Source: Schmidtea polychroa
Lineage: Eukaryota
Reading direction: 5' to 3'
DNA length: 64,000 bases
Assembly: GCA_044892525.1 (NCBI GenBank)
Contig: CM097885.1
Span: 38,566,001-38,630,000, forward strand
Shown here: piece by piece, positions 1-14,525 of the stretch
Position numbering within the stretch: the stretch's first letter is position 1
Layout: every line of letters starts with the position of its first letter
Translations under genes and position numbers: made by a program
Notes under the pieces: model-generated
What the model saw: only the letters and a program-made list of their open reading frames with translations
Databases searched by the model: none
Told to the model about the DNA's origin: nothing

Positions 1-410
1 GTCGTCAGAGAGCGACATCCGCCAATCCTCCTTCAAAGAAAATTCGACCGAGTAATGCTGCTTGTCCTACACCACAACATTTACCAGTATTCACAGAAGA
101 CAGAAAGCGATGCACATACTGCAGCACCCGAAGACATGATTGCCGCAGCAACATTAAATGCAGTTCATATGATGTTCACCTCTGTCTGAATGCTCAACGT
201 CAGTGTTATTCACTTTATCATATAATTGACTGATTGGATATTTTGCATATTATCGCTTAGTGGTGTATTTATGTACCACCCCAGGTAGTGTCTAAAAAAT
301 AAAGAATAAATTATTTTTTGAAAATAATACTCACTAATGGACTAAAATCTGTCGATTGATTAATATTTCAAGCGATAAAAATGCCGGCAACGCTTATGGG
401 CGTCAAAGGG
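1..410 (+). mobile_element. piggyBac transposon, 3' end (truncated by window edge)
   Basis: Translates to the piggyBac C-terminal Cys-rich domain (HLPVFTEDRKRCTYC...KCSSYDVHLCLNAQRQCY). Ends in ...AAAGGG followed by TTAA (411-414). Confidence 0.85.
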
Positions 411-538
411 TTAATGAACTGATATAGATGTTTTTATTTATTAATGTTCCTGCTGTCCATTTTCATTATCAACCTGATTTAAAGAAAGAATTTTTATGGA
501 ACATTTTTTGAAATTTCACACTTTCAAGTTGACATAAA

Positions 539-3087
539 TGTTGTTTAAATATCTGAAATTTCACGATTTCAGTTATTTCAAATTTAGTAAATAAAAGCGC
601 CATTTTATTAGTCGTCTTTAGCTCAATTTTATTTACTAAATTTGTAGAAATGGATTTCAAAATCTTTCAACGTCAACTCCAAGAGAGTCCAATGGAAGAA
701 GAATGATTAAGGTGTTCGTCAGAAAATCAAATTTAGCAGGATACGACAGATTATAAGACATATTAGCCCTCGTTCCAGCCAACATCTTCATGTCTCTTGA
801 GGGCTGCAAAGATCTAGATGAAGCCTTTGTCACCTTAAAACGCAGGTTTATTGAGGGTTCAATTTAAAACAGGAGTCTGACTTTATGATGAGAGCTCGTA
901 AATGCCCAACTCCAGCTCTCTCTACCGTAGAACCCTACAATTTTCTAATTTCTGATATTCCCGTAGCAGGTATATTATCCAAACATTATACGACAAACCA
1001 CCAACTTCACTATCCATTGTTAAAATCCGATGCATTTGGTGTGATAAGGATAAACATCCACGATCAAACTGCTTAGCTAAAGATTCAAACTGCAAAAAAT
1101 GCGGAAAAACGGACACTGGCATTCAGTTTCCTTATCGAAGAAAATTGCTTCCATTCAAGAAACAGATACTGACACAATTTTATCAGACGATATTATTATT
1201 GGTGGCAAAACTCAAGAAGAGCACGATAAGAATTTACGGAAATTTCTTCAAGCCGCCAAAATACAACCTTCAAATTCTCTATGACTTCAATATCTTTTCT
1301 AGGACATATAATAGAGAATCAATTCCTCAAGCCAGATTCAGCACGTTTCAAAGCACTTGTCGAATACCCTACACCAAGCACTACTAAACAAATCGAACGT
1401 CTAATCGGATTCTTTGCCTATTACGCTAAATGGATTCAAAATTCTTTAAATTACATCAAGACCCTGACATCTTCAAAGAAGGACATGTCAGAAGGAAAAT
1501 CGCTATCATCAGAACGCATAATAGCAATAAATCAACTCAAATCCAAACTACAAACTGCCTCTCTTTCCTCTCCGATTCCCGGAAAAGCACTGGATATTGA
1601 AGCCGACGCTTCTCACCACGTTTTAGGAAACGTTTTCAGTCAAAATAGTAGGCATTTTTCTCTCACCTACTCAGCAAATCAGAGACAAACCACTCTATCG
1701 TCGAAAAGGAATCTGCCGCCATTGTCGAATGTTGCCAAAGATGGCGAAACTTATTGCACTCAGTACCATCATTCAACATTTCAACAGACTAAAAAGTCGT
1801 TTCCTTCTGGTTTAATCGCAACAAACTATCGAAGACCAAGAACAAAAAGATTACAAGCAGGAAAATCGAACCATGTGATCTCAGATTTAATATTAGACAA
1901 GCCCGGCATAGAAAACTCATCTGCGGATGCACTTTCCAGATGCTCTTCTATTCAAGATTCAGCCTCCCTTAGCAACATACACAGAACACTTTGCCATCCC
2001 GGAATTAACCGCTTATATCATTACTGCAAAAGAAAAAATCTCCCATATTCAATTTAGAATTTAAAAGAAATTACAAACAACTATAATAAATTGCTTAAGC
2101 CACGCTTCTTTAGACCACCCCAAATTCATATATCTCCTCAACAGGGCCAAGGGAAAGATTATCAGTAGATTTCATTGGTCGAGCACTACAGAGAATCGCT
2201 TCATCTTCGTAGCTATAGATGAATATTGGAGAATATCCATTTGCACTCCCCTGCAGTAACATGGAAACAAGCACCATTATTCGTCATTTATTTTCACTTT
2301 TCGCACTCTTCGGTTCCCATCCTGTATCCACAGCGATATATACTCAATTCGAGCCAATAATTTCAAAACTTCCTACTAAGTCATGGAATAGTAAAAAGTA
2401 GAACTACTCCATATCACCCTCAAGGAAACGGTCAATGCAAGAGAAGGAATGGAGCAATACACAAAACAATGAACCTCGCAATCATGGAATATAATCTAGA
2501 TAAGAGCGACTGGGAAAAGTCCTAAACACGGCACTCTTGTCCATTAGAGCTCTCCTCTGCGTTTCAACAAACTCTACCCCACGCGACAAAATGTTCAACT
2601 TCCAAAGATCACCAATAATAAGTCAAGATCTTCCAGAATGCTAACAAAATAATAATCGCGAAATTCTACTTAAACGCCATATCCGGCTAAAATACGACCC
2701 ACTTGTAAGCTAAGTAAAACTGCTGGAAACAATTTCACCTTTTTTCGCCCGAATTCAACCAATGATGGAAAAGTAGACACCGTATAAACAACTCATTTGG
2801 TACCATTAGTCACCTCAAGCCCAGTAAATGAACTAAACCCGGACGCCGAAAACACCATTCATTTCGTAGACGAAACCCAGGTATCTCCCATAGATGTAGA
2901 CAACAGGCAACTTAGATATCAAGCTGCAAACCGAGTTTTAAGTTACGGTCGTCAAATTAAGACCCTTAATCGCTTCATTTCTTAACAGAGATGACATGTT
3001 GTTTATATAACTGAAATTTCACGATTTCAGTTATTTCAAATTTAGTAAATAAAAGCGTCATTTTATTAGCCGTCTTTTTAGCTAACA
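539..3087 (+). mobile_element. Decayed, internally deleted Ty3/Gypsy LTR retrotransposon with ~90-bp LTRs
   Basis: Direct repeats 539-626 and 2997-3087 (TGTTGTTT...GCTAACA). Internal fragments: zinc knuckle (CKKCGKTGHW), RT end (DDIIIGG, FLGHII), RNase H (ADAS, ADALSR), integrase (HPGI, PYHPQGNG). Many frameshifts and stops; protease and most of RT missing; no TSD seen. Confidence 0.85.
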
Positions 3088-3414
3088 AGTGATCAATTTG
3101 CATTGTTTGTCTCAGTCCCGATTAGAATATTATTTGTTGAGGTTCTCAGAATCTCAACCGGATGGTTCCTATATAAATAAGAACACGAAAACTGGTTCAA
3201 AAACTTTATTAACATAACAATTATATACACAAAAATAAAATAACCTTTTATAAAAATTATACAATTGTTTTGCTTTTTTCATTAGTGTGTTCCCTCTGCT
3301 ATATATCCATAGCTGAGCTCGGTTATATAATTTTGTATGCTAGAAATTATAATGCAATATCAATTACTGAATATGCAATTCTTAGCTTGCAAATTTTGAG
3401 TGATTTGACTAAGG

Positions 3415-3861
3415 CAGTGCTCTTCAACCTTTCGCAGTCGTCGGAACCCTTCCAAAAACTTTCGCAGTCGTCGGAACCCTTCCAATAAAAATTTCCCCAT
3501 GTATATGTGGGCATGTATATATGTATTCAATTGGGGTTGTCGATGTGGTAATTTATAAAAAAATAATGCACTTTATAATATAAAATTATTTTATTTAAAT
3601 AATTAATGGCAAAAATATAAAGTTTAACATAAAAAAAATAGAAATTTGATATTAAATGGTACTCAATGACTAGGTTGAGCCTGTTTTTTGCTACAAATTA
3701 CATTGAAATCTGGTACAATTCTTGTAATTTGTAGCCTCATTATTATATGTTTATTTATATTGAAAACTTTTTTTATAAGAAATCATAAAATTTGTTCGCG
3801 GAACCCATAATTTTTTATATGGAACCCAAGGGTTCCGCGGAACCCAGGTTGAAGAACACTG
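3415..3861 (-). mobile_element. hAT (Buster/Charlie-type) MITE / deletion derivative
   Basis: TIRs CAGTGCTCTTCAACCT / AGGTTGAAGAACACTG. Perfect 8-bp TSD GACTAAGG (3407-3414, 3862-3869). Minus-strand transposase C-terminus QAQPSH* at ~3663-3683. Confidence 0.92.
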
Positions 3862-4927
3862 GACTAAGGAAAACTGGAGTTTATATAGTTATATCTAGTG
3901 GAGAGGATCTTCAAATGTTACATTTTATTTTTATTTATTTTAGTATTAATTGCGTCCTTATATCAAATCGAGAATTAATTATTTAGAGTACATAAATAAA
4001 TGAAAGAAATATGTACTAATACACGTAGCCTAAGTAATTTAAGACTAGTATTGAATAAAGAATAACAGATAAAATATAAATTGAGTCTGAAGTAATGACA
4101 GAATTTATGAAAAAGTTTTATATTGTCTGACATATAATCTATATTTTGTCATGTTACAGTTAAATTTCTCGGCTAATTTAGAAAGACCATACTTAATCAA
4201 AATTTGTTGATTTAATAAACGGCATCTTAATAAGAGTAAACATGGCAATTATTAGAAATAACTTGATTATGGTCAGCTATCGTAATATAATATTTAAATT
4301 ATTTAATATTTACACTTTCTTCCTGTAAGTCATTAAGCAAAATAGTAGCATGTTCTGATTATATATTGAAAGATCAATAATATATTGTTAACTAATGCTT
4401 ATGTACTGTTACTTTTTCTACTGCGTTAGTTTAGTTCTTCCAATCTATATGGAAGTAATTATTAATTTATTAACCTAGAGTGAGCAATTCTTAATTTTAG
4501 AAGTGTTCTTTCAAATTTTCACTGCTACACTTTACACCTGAAAAAAAATCAAGTCAATTGACTCAACAATTTGTGACGCCTTGCGTCTAATTATTATTAG
4601 AATTAGTAATTAATTATTCATTTATATATGGAGGCTTATTTCATTACATTGTCATAATATCACAAATAAATAGGTTGATAAATCACATCCAAATTGTTAA
4701 TGGATTAATCATAGACTGTCCTAAAACTATTTATTGTTCTGAATATGTATATTTACCCTATATTTATCCTTCCCTACCATGTAATACTTCAATCTCAAAA
4801 TCTTTAATGTTCTAACATTTTTCATATTTTACTTTTCTATAACATCAATTTTTTATTTATATTTTTAATTATTCCAGTTTTTAGCAATGAATTCAAAATT
4901 GTGTAAAATTGCTAACTCTTTTATTAA

Positions 4928-5097
4928 CCTCTTAAGTGGTTTATTTCGCCAAACGAAATGCGCTCCTCAGCGGCGAGTTTTGTTATCCGCTATTGTATAT
5001 GATAACAAAAGTAATATTTATGATATATTTTTAACATTTTGTCAATTTGTAATGCATATGTTGATGACATATATATCCGTCATTGTCACTTAAGAGG
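4928..5097. mobile_element. 170-bp TTAA-targeting (piggyBac-like) MITE
   Basis: TIR CCTCTTAAGTG / CACTTAAGAGG with TTAA on both sides. Confidence 0.8.
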
Positions 5098-5614
5098 TTA
5101 AACAAATTATTTTTTATTTATATGCCTCCATGAATCCCCACAAAATTTGTATGATTGGAAGTTATTTGTCAAATACCAACCCAGCTTAGCCGTCAGAAAA
5201 TACACAATATAAAGTAAGTAATTGGAAGTTTTTACTTAGCGAATTAGGAAACCAAATTTATCTATTGTCAGGTGATGGATTAAATAGGATCATTACAAAG
5301 TGAGTTGGTTTTATAAAATAAACTCTGAATAAAAGGATTTAATCTCGATTATCGAATAAAATCCATAGTAAAAATAATAACGTTTAATTTTATTTAGATT
5401 TTTTATATTGATCTTTTCTATTATTTATTAAATTTGATATAAAATAAAGTTTCTATATTATTAGATCTCAGTTATTGAATAATAAACATATGGAGTATAT
5501 ATATATTTATTATTAACAAAACTCAAATAAATCTAAAAATAGTTTCACTAAAAACTCAAGTTGTGAATGGTATTACTATATGTATTAGAATTCCATGTAA
5601 TATTTAGTGTTAAA

Positions 5615-6300
5615 ATAATCAAATGAATTAAATAAAAATACAATCACAGCAAGAGACGAATGAAAATATACAACATTGGAAATTATTATAAATAATAAAA
5701 TCAATAATAATAATTAAAATTAATAATAATCAAATGAATTAAATAAAATCAAATTATAGACTACAGTTTATTTATTAAAAATGCAATCACAGCAAGAGAC
5801 GAATGAAAATATACAACATTGAAAATTATTACTCCCTGTCCAAAAATGATAATCCAGTTGCATTTTAGCCTTTTTCCGAAAATAATTATCAATAGAGAAT
5901 ATAAAAAATTGAACGGTTTTGTAATACCTTTTACAGTAAAAACACATTAAATAATTTTATTTAATTGATTGAACAAATAACAAAACTGCATTTTAAGTAT
6001 CACTGTTACATATAAAAGAAAAAATGCTAAAATGACACTGGACTATCATTTTGGACAGAAGGAGTAAAATTAAACAATGCCAACATTAGAAAATTAATAA
6101 TAATATTTATAAATATTAAAAATTAATAAAAATAGTAATATTAATAAATAATAAAATTAAAAATAATAATAATCAAATGGACTACAGTTTATTTATTAAA
6201 AATACAATCACAGCAAGAGACGAATGAAAATATACAACATTGAAAATTATTATAAATAAAACCATGCCAACATTAGAAAATTAATAATAATAATAAAATT
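5615..6300. repeat. Degenerate tandem repeat, 3 copies of core CAATCACAGCAAGAGACGAATGAAAATATACAACATTG
   Basis: Core repeated at ~5641, ~5784 and ~6205; a MITE is inserted after the second copy. Confidence 0.8.
5832..6064. mobile_element. Tc1/mariner-type (Stowaway-like) MITE
   Basis: ~38-bp imperfect TIRs (CTCCCTGTCCAAAAATGATAATCCAG / CTGGACTATCATTTTGGACAGAAGGAG) with TA on both sides. Confidence 0.85.
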
Positions 6301-6454
6301 TAAAAAATATTAATAAATATTAAAATCAATTATAATAATTAAAATTAACAATAATAAAATAATATTAATAATTATGATATAATAATATTAATAAATATTA
6401 AAATCAATAATAATCATTATAATGATAATAATATTAATAAACAATATTATTATT

Positions 6455-6503
<49 letters not shown>

Positions 6504-7507
6504 TAATAACAAATATAAATATTATAAATAAAAAATATAACAATACATAATACACAACAAATTGAAAGACAATAATGAAAATCATAAAATATGTTTGATT
6601 GAAAAATTCAAATCGTAATTAAACTAAAAATTTAAAAGTATAATAATTAATAAAACAAAATATCACAAACATCAGGAATGATAAAAATATAAAATATCAC
6701 ATTAATAATCTTTATCTATTTTTCATTAATTTTAAATTGAAATAACTAGAATTCCAGTAGGCGGTACCCCCAAGCCCTAAATATCCAGGCCACGTTTGTA
6801 GATCCAATGGCAGCACGCGTGAACATCGTTGATGTGCTTGAATACGACCGGGTGAACATGTGCATTTTAATCGCTTTCTAGAAAGAAATGAACAAATAAA
6901 GTTCTATTTTATTTAAAGTGAGATGAGAGAACCTAAACCGACGCTGTCCATCGCGACACCCACATGGTTATCAATAAAAAACTATTATTTGAAATGTCTT
7001 AGAAAGTAATTGTTAAATGCATTTTTATTAAAACAGTAGGTTGTAAATCATTTTATGTGAGATCCAAGTTTTGGTTGGCCTGATCTAAACGATTGGTTTG
7101 TTAGAAACAATATTACAAATGTTGTGAAACATTTTTATTCTCATTTTGCTTGTATGAAACGAAGAGCTATAAATAAAATTCTATAAGTTAATGATAAATG
7201 AATTATCAGAGAAGCTAGATGGCACAGGATATTTGTTCATACATGATAATGCTGATATTCCCAATCATATCCTGTCATTAAATAACCATTTAAATTAAAC
7301 CATCGAAAGTGTTTTCAGTAAAATTAAAAATGAAATAAGGAAAAAAGCCTCTCCTCTCCATCTCAAGGATTCAGTTCTATGAACTTTAAGAACCAGATTA
7401 TGGTGATTTAAGAAGTTATTATCATCATATCAAAATATTTTAACATATGTGAAAAAAAGAAGTCATTTTTAGGATAAATGGCGAGTAAATAGAAGTTCCA
7501 TCGCTGG

Positions 7508-7920
7508 ACCTAGGTCAATATCTAGGTCAACTCAGAATTTTATGTAGGTCACGAAATTATAAGGTTTATATACAAAAAATGCATTCTTTCAATGGAAATG
7601 AGCTCCAAAATCTCTATATTAAAACGTAGTTCACGCCATAATATAATTATGAAAGTCAGACAACTGTTATATTACTAGAATTATAATCGTATTCTTTAAC
7701 ACACGAGGAGATAGTGAACAACAGCATAACAAATAAATATCTAGGTCAAATTAAAATACTTAGAAATTTTTTTAAAAATGTGTAGGCCACATCACATTAT
7801 TATAGAAATAAATTCTTATATATAAAAAATATAGGTAAACTAAAAATTTGAAAAATATTTAAGTCAACTCATATATGTCAAAAATACTTGGAAATATATT
7901 TCAAAATATATAGGTCACAC
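7508..7920. repeat. Dispersed array of TAGGTCA motifs, probably a transposon subterminal region
   Basis: TAGGTCA(A/C) and variants recur about 8 times. Confidence 0.45.
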
Positions 7921-7921
7921 C

Positions 7922-8510
7922 TAGGGTTTGTCGATTTTTAAAAACCGGTTTTTTGCTAATTTTTTAAAATTCGAAAACCGGTTTTAGTTACCACCTTAAT
8001 TTGTGAAAATAAGTAAATTATTTAATTGGTGAAGTTTACAAATTTAAATATGACTGGTCTGATATTAATTAAAGAATGCTTGAAATCTTTTTTTTTAAGT
8101 TTGAAGAAATAAAAAAGACATTTGTTTGTTCAAAGTAAATTTTTAAGAAGTTATATGTTTTAAAGAGCAAATTTTGTTTTTTTCAATGTAAATACTTTTT
8201 TAAATGAACATTTGAAATTTTTTGTGATATATTACTAAACTTTGTAAAAATTTGAATTAAAATAAACTATTTATTAGACACCAATTAGCGGAAGATTTTA
8301 ATTTGGGATTAGTTCCAATAGCTATTTCCTGTGATGCTAAGAAAACATTTGAATTAGTTTCCGAGAGGCTACAGAATTTTAACTTAGATCTAGGAGCCGA
8401 TATAGTTGCAACGACAAATGATGGTGCCGCTGTTATGAAAATATTTGGTCAGTTATCAGCTATAATTGATCAGCTATGTTATTCACACGCCATACATTTA
8501 GCAGAATCCC
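7922..8510 (+). mobile_element. hAT transposon fragment (5' end plus piece of transposase)
   Basis: Starts TAGGGTTTGTCGATT...AAAACCGG. ORF 8303-8510 has hAT catalytic-region motifs (TTNDGAAVM...CYSHAIHLA). Confidence 0.7.
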
Positions 8511-8514
8511 ATGT

Positions 8515-9022
8515 GAGGAGAGATGTTGTGTTACTTTGAAAGTAAGCATTTTAACATTTTTGCAGTTTTAATCTGAATGGCTACAGTTGACACTTGCCTG
8601 TAATTATTTCTTTCTTCGACTATCCATTTCTTTAATACTTGCTCCAACTCTGGCGAAGTCTTTTTTATATCTTCGCACAATCGTTCTTGGATTCATCAAT
8701 TTATTCTCCGAACACATGCAATGACGCTATTTTCGGCGTATTCAGCAATTTCAAATTTATTTTCACTTTAGTAAGATTTTAATAGATTCGACATTTTAAT
8801 TTTGATTTAATTAATGAATATTTTGGACTCAAACAAAAGGGCATGTTTTTATTATTAAAAAAAGTTAAACTTTAAAATCTATTTGTTTATTTGATACCTT
8901 ATAATTATATATAAAAACATGATATGGTGCATAATGTGCGCGCGTTATCTTTAAACTTTATTTCAATTTCGAAATTAGAGCATTTTATAACGGAGCACGT
9001 TATTGTTGGGATTTTATGGCAG
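8515..9022 (-). mobile_element. pogo/Tigger-like transposon 5' fragment
   Basis: Degenerate minus-strand N-terminal DNA-binding region (KFEIAEYAEN..., PELEQVLKKWIVE-like) and a pogo-like terminal sequence near 9000-9022. Confidence 0.5.
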
Positions 9023-9052
9023 CAAAAATATAACAAAATGCCAATATCTTAC

Positions 9053-9374
9053 CTATAAACAGTCATTTCTCCGAAATGATTATTGAACATTGCTGATTCA
9101 CTTTTATAATTTTTGTTTGAGTCGTGCCGGCCATACTTTTTAGCACAGTACAAATTACCGTATTTAGTATAATGATCGTGATCATAGAAAAAAAATTTAC
9201 TCTCATTTTTGAATCTTTGATATTCAAGATTTACCCATTTAACGTTGCATTTTATTTCCGCTTTTGTTTGAAGTGTAATTTCTTTCGGTTCACTCCAATA
9301 AGTTGCAAATATAATATCCATTGAATTATTATAATATTTATCGTTTTTATTTAAAATTGGTGGTGCTAAAGTTC
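9053..9374 (-). CDS. FAM234: FAM234-family protein, exon 7
   Basis: TTTTCAG acceptor and GTAAG donor, phases 1/2. Reads GTLAPP...MDIIFATYW...GEMTVYR, continuing RLLSTG from the previous exon. Confidence 0.8.
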
Positions 9375-10452
9375 CTGAAAAATAATTTCATTTTAAAGAA
9401 TTAAAATTGCAATACGGTTAATAATATTGACAATTGAGTTGGGTAAGAAAAGAAAAATAGTTATTGATTTATTTATTCATTATAAGTAGAATATCGTTAA
9501 ATAATATTTCTATAAATATTTTACTAAATGTATAATTACCGTTATATGTATGTCGGGACGTTTGTTGATGTTGGCATAGTTATATTATACAATAGTAAAA
9601 CTAAGTTGTAAACCAACATTCTTATGACAACTGCTATTATAAATTGTGTCAGTACATCAAGTTATTTAACGTGGGTTAAAGCTAGTACATAAATATCATC
9701 TTTATGTATTAAAAACTACATTTATACACATTGGTAATTTTATTTTTTTAATATTTCCTTTATTTTCATTATGGACATGAGTAAAAATCGAAACTGTGTT
9801 ACATAGGAAAAGATTTTTGATCTATAGTCATAGAGAAAATATGTAAAATTTTTAGTTTAGTAGTAAATTAAATCAATTATAATATAAGAACATTATTTAC
9901 CAAATTAGATCGCTTCAAAACTGAAGAGGGCGCAATATTTGTTTATGAAATTCGAAATTTTTATCTACATGTTTTTTAGATATTCATTTTTCTTCGACTG
10001 GGTGGTGATTACATAGTGAACTTTTTGTGTGGCATCTTGACGATCTTTAACAGTACATGAAACTATTATATAGTCCTGTTGTTTCAGGCCCTTAATATCC
10101 AGAAATTGTGAATATTGATGATTGGCATGAAGTTCATCGCACATGTAAGTCAAAACATTGAAATGTTGCAACAACGTGTAATAAATATTATAACTAAAAA
10201 TATAACCAAGAACACAATAGAAAAATGAATAAAGTGGATGACAAAAAATCTCTTCAATTAAAAATATATATTATTCAAATCTTATTTTAGGCATATAAAA
10301 AACAACAATTAACAAATAGTCCTACATTTAGAAATAGAAATAAAATTTTAGAAATGAGAATGTGACAGAAGGAATGAGAAACAAGAACTTCGGTATATAT
10401 TCAAAGACTAGTTAAATAAATCGTAAGTATGATAACGATATATAATACAGAC

Positions 10453-10585
<133 letters not shown>

Positions 10586-10719
10586 TTATATTGCTACAAT
10601 TATGACATATTTGTAGTACATAGAATAATTACCAATTGACGTGAGCAAGTTATTTAATTAATAAAATTGACATATCGTACGAATTTTAAAAAGTATAAGG
10701 ATAAATAAATAATCGCTAC

Positions 10720-11286
10720 CTGTACTTAATAATCTCATTAGTCCTTCGGCATCATGAGGTCCGTTATGCCGTTTAATTCTTATTAATTTCTCTTTAGCAC
10801 TTCTTACTGACCGGATTCTTTCATTTTCTGGATTTTGATAATTATTTTCAGAATTTCGATTATTTGTATTGGAACTCGAGGCACTAACATCATCTCGAGT
10901 AAAATCTATTGAATCATGGACTGAACTGTCGTCCAAATCAATCTTTTCAGTTTTTAATTGGTCCTTTATTAATAATTTATGCTGCAAAGTATTGTCTTCA
11001 TCATAACTCATGTCGGCCTTAGACAAATCAGTCGTATCCAAATTCTGAAGGTATTGCTCATAAATATGCCGATAATTGGGGTGCTTTTGAAGAAATAATT
11101 CAACTTGTTTACTGGAATTAGTACTAAGTGCATGCTCTATATGAAAGTATTTTTCGTTGTTATATATTTGACCATAATTTACAGATTGATCAGACATATG
11201 CTGGCCATGAATCAAAAACATTGATTCAGTTGTAGTATTAAACCTAATTTTGCATATATGAGCTCTTGACAATATATACTGTGGCA
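10720..11286 (-). CDS. FAM234: FAM234-family protein, exon 6
   Basis: AG/GT bounded, phases 1/1. PQYILSRAHICKIRF...RIKRHNGPHDAEGLMRLLSTG resembles a motif conserved in invertebrate FAM234 homologues. Confidence 0.8.
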
Positions 11287-13053
11287 CTGAAATGAAAACC
11301 ATTAAACTCAATAAATACATGATAATATATATTAACTTGTAATAATATTATAGGCATTGACTATTATTTTTATTTATCTACTCTATATTTCATTATTATT
11401 TTTTATTTTTTGATTATTTAATCCTCATTAGTAAAATCGGTTTTGTATTTTGTGAGTTTTGAAGGTGAGTGAGTTTGAGTACTTTCATAATAAATGGCTT
11501 ATCAATTTGCATTACATATAGGTATTGTAGATTAGGTATGCTCAGTACCTAACAATTCGAAAAAGCTATTTCGAAAACTAACTATCAGGCACCAAAGAAA
11601 ATAAACATTACCACATTACATGCAATGAATGCAATGAAATATACATTGGAAGCACACTTATAATGTTACATTTTAGAATTAAAAACACACGGTTCTTAGC
11701 AATAAGTCATTAATCAAATTTTAATTCCTTCATTAACACTGACTTACATTGTTCATTAGTATGTATCCATAAGAGTTTATAAAGCTCATAAATTAAAATT
11801 TCATTATTCTTTTCCTTACATTATCTATCTGTCTTGTTTCTTGGATATGTTCATCTTGATGATCCTGATATAAGTATTGAAACACTAAATCTAACATTAA
11901 AGTATGTAGTTCTTTTGCTATTTTGTTTGAAATGCATTTGATCATTGGATTATCCCAAATTTCAATGTTATTGGTATTAGCAAAGTGCTGTTCAAATATT
12001 GCTAAAGGATGATTTATTTACACTTCCTTGATGATTCGAACCTCCAATGGGATATTTCATACATATCGTATTTTTTAGGTCTGTTGTGTCATCATAACTG
12101 TACCTAAATTAGTACTATGAGGTTTTCATTCTTTTTTGTCCTTATCCTTAGTCGTATTTTGATTTCATCATCAAAAGGAAAGATCTATGTAGAATTATCA
12201 TTTTTAATTCTTGATTTTTCTTTCATTTTTTGTGTAACACAGACCATTGATCCACTAGTAATCAGAATGATTTGGTTATTCATATTATTTATGGACTCCT
12301 GACATGTATTTATATGTTAAATTACTTTGTTCTTTAATGAGATCATGATTCTTGCAACATTATTCGTGAGTCTACTTTAGAAGTTTAGGTCTCTGTGCGT
12401 CAAGAAAATATAATTCAGCTCTGTACTCCTATTGTTTTTATCAGATTGGATAAATTTCGTATTCAGCAACATAATGATATTTGTTCTGATATTCGTTCTT
12501 TTTGTTTATGAACTGTCTAAGAAAAAATGATATCTTCGTACGTTATACTAATACATTCTAAATTCAAGTGTCGCCTAGGATCTTTATCCGTGCTTTTGTT
12601 GTCACTGATTGGTAGTATAATATCCTGTTTTGACTTTATTTCTTTTCTCATTATAATCGTCTACCTAAGGTTCCGAGACAGTGTCATTTATTGTTTTTGA
12701 ACAATGTTATTTGGGTCAAATCCAACGACCTTCGCTAAAAACTTATCTAGCATTTCTGGGTTGTTTTTGATTTAGTCAAAATGTCAAGGATGGGGGGGGG
12801 GTGTTTGAGTCTAAGTCTGAGTTAGAAAGCTCATATTTAATTAATGCTGCTACCAAGAAATCATCACTTTATACTTATTATAATTATAATTATAATTTGA
12901 AACAGTTAAATGATAATATAAGCCTTTGCTGAAAAGTATTTATATAATAAAATGAAAAGATTTTTTACTATAAAAATACTCCTTGTCGATTTCTATCTAT
13001 CTATCTATATTATTATTATTATATAAAAATATAAACAATGCAAAAAAACTAAC

Positions 13054-13234
13054 GATTTTGAAAAGGAACGTCATTAATTTCAGTTTCATGATCTCGACAA
13101 AGTTGCAACCAATATAAAAATAAGTCATTTCCATGTCCTTCAAAGCTTAGTGTTAAAGGACTTGTGATCACTAAATTGTTGCTTCTATGGAGCTCTTTTA
13201 ACAGTTTTCCATTTTTGCCATCAAGAATTTTTGT
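13054..13234 (-). CDS. FAM234: FAM234-family protein, exon 5 (missed by ORF track)
   Basis: TKILDGKNGKLL...TSPLTLSFEGHGNDLFLYWLQLC. AG/GT bounded; phases 0/1 match both neighbours. Confidence 0.85.
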
Positions 13235-14289
13235 CTATGAAAAAACTAAACACTTTGGAAATGTAAAAAATGTAAAACGCATTTTTCAAGAAATATGATT
13301 TATTTTTAAATTATTTTATTTTATATTCCTGATTATTAGCAAACCTCTCAAGCGATGTAAAAAATAACTGCAAAAACAAGTGTCAACGAATGTGTGAAAA
13401 TTATCTAAATTTAATATATTTAAAATTATCATTTATTGTAAAATAAATTTAAGTATTATTATCCAACGAACTTATCGAAAACATAAAACTTTCTTATTTC
13501 GTATTTTCTTAAATATTTATTTTCTAGAAATGAAGTGTTACGAATAGGAATTTCTAAAAACAGTTTGACTCTAACGCGTTGCATTTGAAAAGTATATTTT
13601 TTAACAATAATTTAACAACAGTTGTTAATAATACACAATTGTAACTCACAAATTTCTTTCTTCGTTTTCCCAAAATAAAATTGTACTTTATTTTGTACTC
13701 ATTAAAAAATTATTTCATTAAAAATGGGTTTATATTTATTAGATGGTGCATTTTTATCGGTTGTTTGTATATTTCTTATATTATAGAAATTGCATACACT
13801 ATTTTGTATAAAATTTATAAGATTTTTTATAATAAATTGGAAGATGTAACTAGTAATGAATATTCAGCGCACAGGTAAGTTTATTTCTTATAATAAAATT
13901 GATAGATTAATTTTTATATTATAGTTGGCTTTTATCAAATGCAATGTGATGTACATTTAAATTATTATCGCATAAATATGTATTCTACAAAACTAAACTC
14001 TTCGACAAAAAAAAACCTTTGAAAAAGGCTATGTAGAAAATTGCATTCATATTTTTCAAAACCAATATTGATCTATTTATATTTAACTATATAAAATGAA
14101 CAATTTTCGATTAATAATAGAGTGAAGAATTACGATTTTTAAATTTATGAAGTCCATTTAAAATTAAATGAAAGTTGCTAAAATACCGAATGATAAAAAG
14201 TTAAAATGTAATTTTAAATATGTATCAATTTATGTTTGTACATTATTTTAAATTATAAAATTAAATATTTCTAACATTGGAGAGACTTA

Positions 14290-14525
14290 CCGTCATCTCT
14301 GTATTCGAGCTCATTATCGACTGAGGCAGCAAATAATATTAGTCAAAACAAATAAAAGCTGTATGAGAAAAAAAGGCATGTCTGATTTTAAAATTATATT
14401 AAAAATTCTTTAATAATTATGAATTATTATTATTGTGTGATTTGTGAGGATTTGTTGATAAAATAATTGGATCCGAAAATTAATGTGCAAAATGCTGTGA
14501 ACACGTGTATTTTGAATGTTTATAA
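14290..14525 (+). mobile_element. Penelope-like element 3' fragment
   Basis: Clear similarity to 56925-57140 (CGTCATCTCTGTATTCGAGCTC...AATTAATGTGCAAAATGCTGTGAA). Confidence 0.75.

Noticed and set aside
6388..6585. Poly-Leu/Ile ORFs (also 24074-24340, 40787-41129, 46091-46394)
   Set aside because: They are translations of (AAT)n microsatellites.
3090..9050. Terminal FAM234 exon
   Set aside because: Several AG-preceded candidates were tried; none gave a convincing phase-2 continuation.
9965..10174. 69-aa minus-strand ORF as an extra FAM234 exon
   Set aside because: The flanking exons already join in phase across the conserved STG-TLAP motif.
11400..12800. Possible old retroelement remnant
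   Set aside because: Too decayed for a diagnostic motif.
13681..13878. Small plus-strand ORF ending at a GTAAGT donor
   Set aside because: Low-complexity AT-rich translation with no partner exon or homology cue.
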